Origin: Pseudomonadota bacterium
GTDB taxonomy: Bacteria; Bdellovibrionota_G; JALEGL01; DATDPG01
Assembly: GCA_043804515.1 (NCBI GenBank)
Contig: JAZDIZ010000140.1
Span: forward strand, 1 to 15,384
DNA length: 15,384 nt
Reading direction: 5' to 3'
Both the position numbers and the translations under genes were made by a program. Below, piece by piece: positions 7,153-14,783 of this stretch. Positions within the stretch are counted from its first letter, which is position 1. Each line of letters starts with the position of its first letter. Below the pieces are notes generated by a model that worked only from the letters and a program-made list of their open reading frames with translations, did not search any database and had not been told where the DNA came from.

Positions 7153-9348
7153 ATGACACAGTCGACAGCTTATAAATTTTCCACTCTTATCTTTTGTCTT
7201 GGCCTCGCGATCACCGGATGCGCCGGAAACGACGTGTTCATGCTCGCGAGTCCCGACTCTTCCCCGCCCAAAGGCGGGCAGTCACCCGAAAAGGACGCCG
7301 ACGACACTCTTTTCGGAGGCGGCATGGGAAATCTGACCGGCCAGGTACCCATAGCTCCCGTGCTACGGGTCGACGGCGTAGGGGCGACCACGATCAGCCT
7401 GGGTTGGAATAAGGTTGATTACGCCGACGGATACAAGCTTTACTACGCTTCGAGCTTGCGTGGCACGTTCGACGCGGCCACAACTTCGTTCTTGGAGCCC
7501 GGCCTCAGCCAGGGGCGTTACTGCTACCAACTGAGTGCCTTCAACAGCAATGGCGAGAGCCCGCGCTCGAGTCCTCCGGTGTGCGGAGACATCCTCCCCT
7601 GCACCAACACGGCTGGCCCGACGATTGAAATCCTGCCGACCATTACGGAATCGGTGTACCCCAGCGTCGCCAATACGGCATTAAGGCCCGTGGCTGTCGG
7701 CGCGGCCCTCGCAGGATTCCATCAGAGCAACTGGATTGATTTCAACTTCAGAATCGCCGATGACGTCGATGGCTGCGGGGATCTCAATTATGTTACGACG
7801 AAGGTCTTTGTTCATGGCTCATCGACCCGCTGGGAGAAAAGCACGCCCGAATTCGAAGGTTACTCGGGGTACCATAACAACACTCTTACAGCGCCCGTAG
7901 GACCAACACAGTTCGGGTACTTCGACATCGAACTCACGGTCTCGGATGGCATCCACCCCGCGTTCACAGCGCCACGGCAGGCCAACTACTTCGAAATCAA
8001 AGCACTGCCGGGGAATTCCGAGCTCCCGTCAAACAAGACACTCACCCTCAGCAAGTCCGCAGTCTGTCCCAAAGAAAACTTCACGTTAACCTATGAGTTC
8101 GACGACGATTCGCTCTGGACGGACACTTCCAAGACCACACGCGCTCTTGGGAACGAATGGCTCCGCGTACAGATATTCCAGGCAGGAGTCACCCAACCGG
8201 TCCACGACGCCTATGCGAAGTCGGGTGTGGCTTCGCTCCATTATGACGATAATCCGTCGGAGGCTGAGCTGTCAGTGAGCTATACCGCGTTCGCATACGA
8301 CTACCAGCCCAAAGGAGCCGGCGCCCAGACGTCGGTTATCGTCAAACAGGACACCGGCCCCCCAACCGTCGACGTTCCTAGGGTCTCCCCGGCGCCGATT
8401 GATGGAAAGCTCGTGGCGGATACGGAGTACACAGTCACTTCGACCCCCCATGACGACTGCCCGGTGTCTTATCAACTCTCCTATTCCTTGAACTATGGCT
8501 CCTTTGTTAACTTTTCCGGATCGTTCAAGCCAGGCACAAAGGGCTGTAAGGCAGGAGACACGGTGAAGTTCAGGGCGATCGCCACGGATTCAATGGGGAA
8601 TAAGTCCGTCCCTTCCGACTCGCAGATTTACACGGTGACGGCGGGTCAGACGCCGACGCTTGGGATCTCCGTCTCGCCACCCCCAGCGCCGAGAACGACG
8701 TACGCGCCGCAGGATTCGGTCACAATCATACTCACGGCGACGGACGATGACATGCCCACGCTGAAACTCGTGTACCTCCAGATGAGACAGGTCGGCATGC
8801 CGAGTTGGGAGGATTTGGTGCCCCAAAACGGCCTCTTCAGCGCCTACACACCGAAGACGATTAAGCTCTCGGCCTTCGGCGGTTTCTACGACTTTCGAGC
8901 CCGCGTTCAAGATAAGCAGTTGAAGATCGTGGACGCATCCAAGCAGATTCAGGTGGTCGAGAGCGCAACCTCACCCCTGGTCGTCTATCTCGACATCAAT
9001 CGGGACGGCAGCATGGATCTGGGCAAGAACCCGATGACCGAGATGACCCAGTTCGACATCGACGGAGACGGCGTGAAGGAGTGGACGCACTGGCTTAATA
9101 AGGGCGACGCGTTCCTCATGCTCCCGGATGGGCCGATCGACGATTTCCATGATTTCGCCTCGTTGGATGAGCTCAAGGCCCACGGGGATGTCATCGACAG
9201 CGACAACCCTTTGTACGGCAGCGTGAGGTTGTGGACCGACGCGGACTCGAACGGCGTGGCCGATTCAGGGGAGCTTCGGTCGCTGGCGGAAGCGAACGTT
9301 CATGATGTCGTGCTTAGCCCCTCCTGCGGGTTCCATCTGAACCCCTAG
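7153..9348 (+). CDS. Large lipoprotein with FN3 domain, probable Ig-like domains and a C-terminal Ca2+-binding FrpC self-processing-module-like domain
   Basis: Lipobox LAITG-C (Cys codon 7219). FN3 pattern ISLGW..GYKLY..GL...YCYQLSAFNSNGES. Beta-rich segments DTGPPTV and FRAIATDSMGN. C-terminal SPLVVYLD..FDIDGDG..W..VRLWTDADSNGVADSGELRSL. ATG 7153 is preferred over 7129. Confidence 0.8.
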   Translation: MTQSTAYKFSTLIFCLGLAITGCAGNDVFMLASPDSSPPKGGQSPEKDADDTLFGGGMGNLTGQVPIAPVLRVDGVGATTISLGWNKVDYADGYKLYYASSLRGTFDAATTSFLEPGLSQGRYCYQLSAFNSNGESPRSSPPVCGDILPCTNTAGPTIEILPTITESVYPSVANTALRPVAVGAALAGFHQSNWIDFNFRIADDVDGCGDLNYVTTKVFVHGSSTRWEKSTPEFEGYSGYHNNTLTAPVGPTQFGYFDIELTVSDGIHPAFTAPRQANYFEIKALPGNSELPSNKTLTLSKSAVCPKENFTLTYEFDDDSLWTDTSKTTRALGNEWLRVQIFQAGVTQPVHDAYAKSGVASLHYDDNPSEAELSVSYTAFAYDYQPKGAGAQTSVIVKQDTGPPTVDVPRVSPAPIDGKLVADTEYTVTSTPHDDCPVSYQLSYSLNYGSFVNFSGSFKPGTKGCKAGDTVKFRAIATDSMGNKSVPSDSQIYTVTAGQTPTLGISVSPPPAPRTTYAPQDSVTIILTATDDDMPTLKLVYLQMRQVGMPSWEDLVPQNGLFSAYTPKTIKLSAFGGFYDFRARVQDKQLKIVDASKQIQVVESATSPLVVYLDINRDGSMDLGKNPMTEMTQFDIDGDGVKEWTHWLNKGDAFLMLPDGPIDDFHDFASLDELKAHGDVIDSDNPLYGSVRLWTDADSNGVADSGELRSLAEANVHDVVLSPSCGFHLNP

Positions 9349-9361
9349 GGAAGCACCAGAC

Positions 9362-10204
9362 ATGAGACGAATGGCGCTAACCCTGACGCTTGCGGCCCTG
9401 GCCATGGCGGTATCGTCGCAGCCACTCGCCGGGGATGGACGCGTATCCGTCCTTGAGGAGATTCGACAGCTCACGTGGGTCCACCTCCAGTTCACCGGGG
9501 CGAGGAACCTGCTGGCTCCGGTAATGGGGAGTGTCTACGTCCTCCAGAGATCGGTGGACCTGGCGAGCGAGTCGCCGTTCCTGGCAGTGCCCGGAACGTT
9601 TCGGGAACAAAGAGGCCTGTTCCTGTTCACTCGGGACCGGGACGCCAAACCTCTGTTCGTTCCGCTCTTTCGGCGCGGACGGCCCCTCGTATCGTTCTCG
9701 TCATTCGGCCCGGAGGCGGGCCGGCGGGCGTTTCTTAGGATCGAGGGCGCAGCGGGCCTGGGATCGTTCGCGGCTTCGGTTCAGGCACCGAAGGGAGAAA
9801 GCGAGTTCTCTCTTTTTGTGCATGCCGAGAAGAATGGAGGGCGCGATCCGATGGACGGCCCGGTTTTTCAGGGGAACCGCTCATATCCCCAGGAAGATCG
9901 GTCGGGGATTGACGCCCTCCGTGCTCTCAAGACGGCCTTGCTCCGAACGCTCGAGAGTTTTTTCCCTCCCGCTCGAAGCGACGACCTGTGCGCTTTTTGG
10001 AAATTGACCTCGGCCGAGAGGCTTCTTGGCGAGGATGGCGGGGGAGGGGCGGTCACGTATTGTCTGGACCATGTCTCGGATCCCGGAATTCGGGAAACCT
10101 GTGCGCGGTTAAAGCGCGCGCTGCTGGCGCGACCCGGTGACAGCAAAGCTTGCAACACGACCGAACCGTTTCTCACGCAGGTCAAGGGGGCACCTCGGAC
10201 ATGA
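9362..10204 (+). CDS. Hypothetical secreted protein
   Basis: 280-aa ORF with signal peptide MRRMALTLTLAALAMA. Starts 13 nt after the previous stop; ATGA overlap with the next gene; four C-terminal Cys. Confidence 0.6.
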   Translation: MRRMALTLTLAALAMAVSSQPLAGDGRVSVLEEIRQLTWVHLQFTGARNLLAPVMGSVYVLQRSVDLASESPFLAVPGTFREQRGLFLFTRDRDAKPLFVPLFRRGRPLVSFSSFGPEAGRRAFLRIEGAAGLGSFAASVQAPKGESEFSLFVHAEKNGGRDPMDGPVFQGNRSYPQEDRSGIDALRALKTALLRTLESFFPPARSDDLCAFWKLTSAERLLGEDGGGGAVTYCLDHVSDPGIRETCARLKRALLARPGDSKACNTTEPFLTQVKGAPRT

Positions 10205-11067
10205 ATCCCCGTGTCGGACAAACCACGGTAAATGCGCAGACCGAGCACGAAATCGATCTGTTGGGGACGATTACGCACCAAACGATCGATTCCTTTGAAA
10301 ACCGAATCTCCGATCTCGAAATGGATTTGCATAGAGCGAAACGGCGCTGCACGTGGGCTTGCCTGGGTCTGGCGGGCGCCGTTGTCCTAAGCAGCGCCCT
10401 TCTGGCGGCGATCCCACGGAAGGGGACGGCAACCCATGCGTCGGCGGTGTCCGAAATCAAAACCCACAGATTGATCCTTGTGGATGAGGCGAAAAATGTC
10501 CGGGCCAGCCTGGCCTTGAATGCCCAGCATCAGCCGGTACTGGAACTCTTCGACGCCAGGGAGGAATTCCCGAGGGCCTCGTTCGGCCTGGGCGCGGATC
10601 GAGGAGCGGTGCTCTCCATGCGGGATTCGAGGGGGAACCCGCGGATCATTCTCGGAAACGCCGGGGCCAAACAGGGGCTCGCGTTTCTGGACGAAAAAAA
10701 TCGGGAGCGCGGATATGTCGGGTTGGCGCTCGACGGGTCCCCGAAAGTGGAATTGTCGGATGCGGACCGAAAAGGCTGGGCCCGGATGATGGTCTCATCG
10801 ACGGGCCTGCCCGTGGTCTTGGTGGGGAAAGACGGATCTCCTTCGGTAGGCCTCGCCGCCTCGGAAAAAAACCGGAAAGGAGCAACGCTCTTTGTCCAGG
10901 ACGCGGACCGCAAGGTTCGAGTTCTTCTCGGGATGGATGAGAAGGACGAGCCGGCCTTCGTGTTCCTAAAACAGGAGGGCAAAACGCCGGCACAGGCCCG
11001 GCAGGGGTCAGGCGGGACGATGACGAAAGTCGCTGAAGGGGCCAAGGACAGGCGCGGGAAAAACTAG
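10201..11067 (+). CDS. Membrane-anchored protein with ~22-24-aa beta-hairpin repeats
   Basis: ATG 10201 overlaps the upstream stop. Short coiled coil (FENRISDLE), one hydrophobic helix, then 7-8 repeats of the pattern P-x-L-x-L-x-D-x-x-(G/x)-x-x-R-x-x-L-G. Confidence 0.75.
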   Translation: MNPRVGQTTVNAQTEHEIDLLGTITHQTIDSFENRISDLEMDLHRAKRRCTWACLGLAGAVVLSSALLAAIPRKGTATHASAVSEIKTHRLILVDEAKNVRASLALNAQHQPVLELFDAREEFPRASFGLGADRGAVLSMRDSRGNPRIILGNAGAKQGLAFLDEKNRERGYVGLALDGSPKVELSDADRKGWARMMVSSTGLPVVLVGKDGSPSVGLAASEKNRKGATLFVQDADRKVRVLLGMDEKDEPAFVFLKQEGKTPAQARQGSGGTMTKVAEGAKDRRGKN

Positions 11068-11157
11068 CAGGTCGCGCAAAAAAAGCCGCATGCGTTGTTG
11101 CTCGCTCATTACGTCGTAGGTGGTCTTCTCTCCTTACGGTATCGTAATAATCCGGCT

Positions 11158-12768
11158 GTGGCGGAAGCGAAAAAGCCCACACTCTTGGATGCTTTGAAAT
11201 CGTGGCGGACGGGGTCCGTCTCGCTGCTCTCCTTCGCTTCCGGCCTTCCGCTCGGCCTGGTCTGGATCGCGATCCCCGATTGGCTCCGGAGTACGGGCGC
11301 CGACATCCGCGTCGTGGGCCTGGTTTCGCTGGTCCAAATTCCGTGGGCGCTCAAGATTTTCTGGTCGCCCCTGATGGACCGCTATTCCCCTCCGTTCTGG
11401 GGAAGGCGGCGAGGCTGGATCGGAATCGCACAACTCGCGCTCTTTGCGCTCACCCTTGCGCTTGCGGGGGTGGGGAGCCGGCCGGACGCTCCTTGGGTGA
11501 TCCTCGCTCTCGCTCTCGCGATCGCCGTCGCATCGGCGACACAGGACATCGCCTACGACGCCTACGCCGTCGAAGTGCTTCATCCCGAGGAGCAGGGAGT
11601 AGCCGTCGGGGCGAGGCAGGCGATTTACCGGGCGGCGATGTCCGTGGCGGGGGGAATCAGCATCACGCTGGCCGGAATGGTTTCCTGGCCGGTCGTCAAT
11701 ATCTTCCTGGCCCTACTCTATCTCCCGATGCTCGCCGTCACTTGGCATGCGCCGGAACCGGACGAACAAACGCTGGTTCCCAAGACGCTTCGCCAGGCCG
11801 TTTGGCATCCGTTTGTGGAGTTCTGCGCAAGGCGGCGAGCCCTGGCGATTCTGGGTTTCCTGGTTTTCTACAAATTGGCGGACAATCTGGCCACATCCCT
11901 CATCCGCCCGTTTCTCATCGACATGGGATACAACAACTGGGACCGCGGCATCGGCCTCGTGACCGTGGGCCTTTCGGCCACGCTCTTCGGCGGGTTCGTG
12001 GGCGGGCTGGCATCGGTGCAGTTCGGTCTCGGGCACGCCCTCTGGATTTTCGGCGTTCTCCAGACGCTCGCGAATCTGGGGTACGTCTTCGTCGCGAGAT
12101 CGGCCGAAGTCGATCGCTGGCTCATGTTCGGCGCGGTGGGATTAGAAAACCTGGCCATCGGACTGGGTACGGGCGCGTTCGGCGTTCTTCTGCTCCGGTT
12201 GGCCCGGAAAAGGTATGCGGCCACGCAGTACGCGTTTTTCACGGTTCTGTTCGCGCTGCCCAGAATTCTGTCGGGCCCGATCACGGGCTACGTCGTCAAT
12301 CTTTTCGGGTGCGAGCCGACCCGTTGTTATCCGGCCTCTTGGGAAAAATTCTTCTGGCTCACGATCCCCGCCGGAATTCCGGGCCTTCTTTTGCTCGCGC
12401 GCTTCTCACCCATCGGCACAAGGGAGCCGACGATTCTGGCGGAGGAGGAAACGAAGAGGTCTGCGCCGGTCACGTGGGGAGGACTTTTGGGCCGCGGGTT
12501 CCTGGGCGGCGCTGCGGGTTTCGGCGTGGCCCTTCTCGTGAGCGTCCTTGTGGCGGGATGGAACGGGCGCTCCGGCGCGGCGATGCCTTTTTCCGAGAGC
12601 CTTTCTCTGGTTTTCTCCCCCGCGGATCTTTCCGCCTGGATCCGGATCCTGGCGATGGCCGCGTTTAGCGTCGGATGCGGTCTCCTTACGGCGGCGGTCT
12701 ACGCCGCGCGCCACGGTGCCGCGAAGGGCCTGCGCGACCCCTCGGTTCCGCCTGACGCCCAGCGCTAG
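11158..12768 (+). CDS. ampG: AmpG family muropeptide MFS transporter with C-terminal membrane extension
   Basis: FASGLP, PWALKIFWSPLMDRY, GRRRGW, SATQDIAYDAY, FYKLAD, ATQYA. Start uncertain (GTG 11158 versus TTG 11095). Confidence 0.9.
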   Translation: MAEAKKPTLLDALKSWRTGSVSLLSFASGLPLGLVWIAIPDWLRSTGADIRVVGLVSLVQIPWALKIFWSPLMDRYSPPFWGRRRGWIGIAQLALFALTLALAGVGSRPDAPWVILALALAIAVASATQDIAYDAYAVEVLHPEEQGVAVGARQAIYRAAMSVAGGISITLAGMVSWPVVNIFLALLYLPMLAVTWHAPEPDEQTLVPKTLRQAVWHPFVEFCARRRALAILGFLVFYKLADNLATSLIRPFLIDMGYNNWDRGIGLVTVGLSATLFGGFVGGLASVQFGLGHALWIFGVLQTLANLGYVFVARSAEVDRWLMFGAVGLENLAIGLGTGAFGVLLLRLARKRYAATQYAFFTVLFALPRILSGPITGYVVNLFGCEPTRCYPASWEKFFWLTIPAGIPGLLLLARFSPIGTREPTILAEEETKRSAPVTWGGLLGRGFLGGAAGFGVALLVSVLVAGWNGRSGAAMPFSESLSLVFSPADLSAWIRILAMAAFSVGCGLLTAAVYAARHGAAKGLRDPSVPPDAQR

Positions 12769-12794
12769 TGATACCCTCGGAGCGAGCCGGGACA

Positions 12795-12899
12795 TTCGCC
12801 GTCGCTTCCCAAACGAAGCTTTGGCGGAACGAGTTGAATTTTGATAACCCCCTGGATACACATGAGAGACCTCGCCGTAGCCGGAACGGCGGAGGCGGG
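12795..12899. repeat. Two short REP-like hairpins with 3x3 internal loops
   Basis: TTCGCC-GTC-GCTTC-ccaaac-GAAGC-TTT-GGCGGA (from 12795) and CTCGCC-GTA-GCCG-gaa-CGGC-GGA-GGCGGG (12871-12899). Confidence 0.55.
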
Positions 12900-12906
12900 A
12901 CGGGAC

Positions 12907-12940
12907 TATAATTCGCGTTTGCCGGCGGCGCCGCTATAAT
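12907..12940 (+). promoter_or_regulatory. Two perfect TATAAT -10 boxes upstream of the LOG gene
   Basis: TATAAT at 12907-12912 and 12935-12940. GGAG at 12953-12956 precedes ATG 12962. Confidence 0.55.
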
Positions 12941-12961
12941 CCCCGCCTTCGCGGAGTTCCG

Positions 12962-13810
12962 ATGCCACACAACCAAGATACGGCTCACAAACGGGCGATT
13001 AAGGCCTACCGAAACCAGGAGTTCATCGAGGGTCCGGACGCCAGACTCATCCGCATCCTGGCGGAGTTCATCGAACCGCAGGTGCGGTTCCGGAAATTTC
13101 ATGTCTCCGACACGATTGTTTTTTTCGGCTCCGCCCGCGTGAAGCCGAAAGATGAGGCGCTCAAGGACTTGGAGATCGCGAAAGCCAATGCGGAATCAGG
13201 AACCGCCGCGGCCCAGGAACAGCTCGCGGAGGCCGAGAACCTGGCGGATATGTCGCGCTACTACGAGGAAGCCAGGGATTTGGCAAAGCGGCTGACGACG
13301 TGGTCCAAGAGCTTGGGGAAAGGGAACCGCAGGTTCATCGTGTGCTCGGGCGGCGGCCCCGGAATCATGGAAGCGGCCAATCGTGGGGCCCACGACGCGG
13401 AAGGGATGACGGTGGGGTTCAATATCTCCCTGCCCTTCGAGCAGGAACCGAACCCGTACATCACATCCGTCCTGACTTTCGAGTTTCATTACTTTTTCAT
13501 CCGCAAGTATTGGTTCGCCTATATGGCCAAGGCGTTGATTCTTTTTCCCGGAGGGTTCGGAACCCTAGATGAGCTTTTCGAACTCCTGACGCTGCTTCAG
13601 ACGAAAAAGATCACAAAACGGATCCCGATCGTCGTTTATGGAACGGAGTATTGGAAGAAGGTTCTGAACTTCGACGAAATCGTACGCCGGGGAATGATCA
13701 GCGCCGAGGACAGTAAACTCTTCCATTTTTGCGATACCGTGGACGAGGCGTTCGAGTACCTTACGACCGAGCTCATGCATCTTTATTCCGAACAGGAGGT
13801 GGCCCGATGA
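12962..13810 (+). CDS. LOG family protein (TIGR00730-type nucleotide phosphoribohydrolase)
   Basis: VFFGSAR, CSGGGPGIMEAANRGA, ISLPFEQEPNPY, FHYFFIRK, FPGGFGTLDELFE. Confidence 0.95.
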   Translation: MPHNQDTAHKRAIKAYRNQEFIEGPDARLIRILAEFIEPQVRFRKFHVSDTIVFFGSARVKPKDEALKDLEIAKANAESGTAAAQEQLAEAENLADMSRYYEEARDLAKRLTTWSKSLGKGNRRFIVCSGGGPGIMEAANRGAHDAEGMTVGFNISLPFEQEPNPYITSVLTFEFHYFFIRKYWFAYMAKALILFPGGFGTLDELFELLTLLQTKKITKRIPIVVYGTEYWKKVLNFDEIVRRGMISAEDSKLFHFCDTVDEAFEYLTTELMHLYSEQEVAR

Positions 13811-14616
13811 AACGAATCTTCTTCTCCTTGTTGCTGGTTTCGATCGCGACCCCGCAGGCCATGGCTACGACCGTGGAGGGTGGCCAGGAAGCGCAGTACG
13901 TCTGGGTCCGGGACACGGCGGTTCTTCCGCAGTTCAAGATCCAGATGGGCCTGGGCTCTCTGGGACGGGACTTCAACGGGCACCGGGGCCTGGTGATTAC
14001 GAACTTCTTCGGCGCTGAGTTCGAGGCGGTGAAAGACGCCTCCCTCTCCGTGGGATTGCCTTTGGCCGGAACGTTGTCGGCCGGGCCGGACAATTACGGA
14101 ATCGGAAATGTCATGGTGGGCGGAAAATACGTGGTGCCTCTGGACCGGCTCCGCCTGGCGTTGGGGATCGATGTGGCGCTTCCGACGGCCCAGAACAGAT
14201 CCGCCGTAGGGCTTTTCACGCCGCGCTATTTCCAATACGTCAAGGATCAGGTCGCCGCTTCGCCGTATCTTGCGTTGAGCCATGTAGGGGAGCGCCTTAC
14301 GGCCACGCTGGCCGTTTCTCCCGACATCCAGGTGTTCACGACGGTTCCGGCGGGATTCGATAAGACCGAGCTGGTTCTCTCGTACGACGGCGCTCTGGCG
14401 TACACGTTTTTTGAAAACATCTGGCTCACGACGGAGTTCGGCGGACATTCGTCCCTGACCTACACGGCGAACCACACGGCGTTTTTCGGAGGCGCCGGCG
14501 TCCGTTACCAGGACAACGAGATCTCGGTGGGGGGCCATCTATGGGCTCCGTTCACCGCCCAAGAGAGGGACCGCATTAATCTGATGGCGGCGTTCGATCT
14601 CCGAGTGTTGTTCTAG
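13807..14616 (+). CDS. Probable outer-membrane beta-barrel protein
   Basis: ATGA overlap with the LOG stop. Signal peptide MKRIFFSLLLVSIATPQAMA, alternating amphipathic strands (GIGNVMVGGKY, LALGIDVALPT, FFGGAGVRY) and C-terminal Phe (FDLRVLF). Confidence 0.72.
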   Translation: MKRIFFSLLLVSIATPQAMATTVEGGQEAQYVWVRDTAVLPQFKIQMGLGSLGRDFNGHRGLVITNFFGAEFEAVKDASLSVGLPLAGTLSAGPDNYGIGNVMVGGKYVVPLDRLRLALGIDVALPTAQNRSAVGLFTPRYFQYVKDQVAASPYLALSHVGERLTATLAVSPDIQVFTTVPAGFDKTELVLSYDGALAYTFFENIWLTTEFGGHSSLTYTANHTAFFGGAGVRYQDNEISVGGHLWAPFTAQERDRINLMAAFDLRVLF

Positions 14617-14671
14617 GACGGATTATTCACGAGGGTCGAAGCAGGCGCTCCGTCGCCCGTAACGTGCGGCG
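14614..14671. repeat. Degenerate dispersed element copy 2
   Basis: TAG-GA-CGGATTATTCAC-GAGGGTCG, then GGCGCTCCGT and hairpin 14651-14656/14666-14671. Similar to 1566-1643. Confidence 0.45.
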
Positions 14672-14783
14672 TGGCATAGCTGGGGGCTGTAGAAAATTTT
14701 CAGAAATCACTTAAAAGGGCGGTGGCTCGTAGCGTGCTGCCGGTAAAGTGGGCCGAGATTTCTTGAAGGTCCGCGGATCATTT

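Noticed and set aside
11068..11110. Intrinsic terminator
   Set aside because: An A-run is present but there is no convincing adjacent GC stem.
11202..12668. 488-aa alternative-frame ORF, and similar long shadow ORFs over ispG, the RsmB-like gene and the barrel gene
   Set aside because: Arg/Gly/Pro-rich off-frame or antisense artefacts of high-GC coding sequence.
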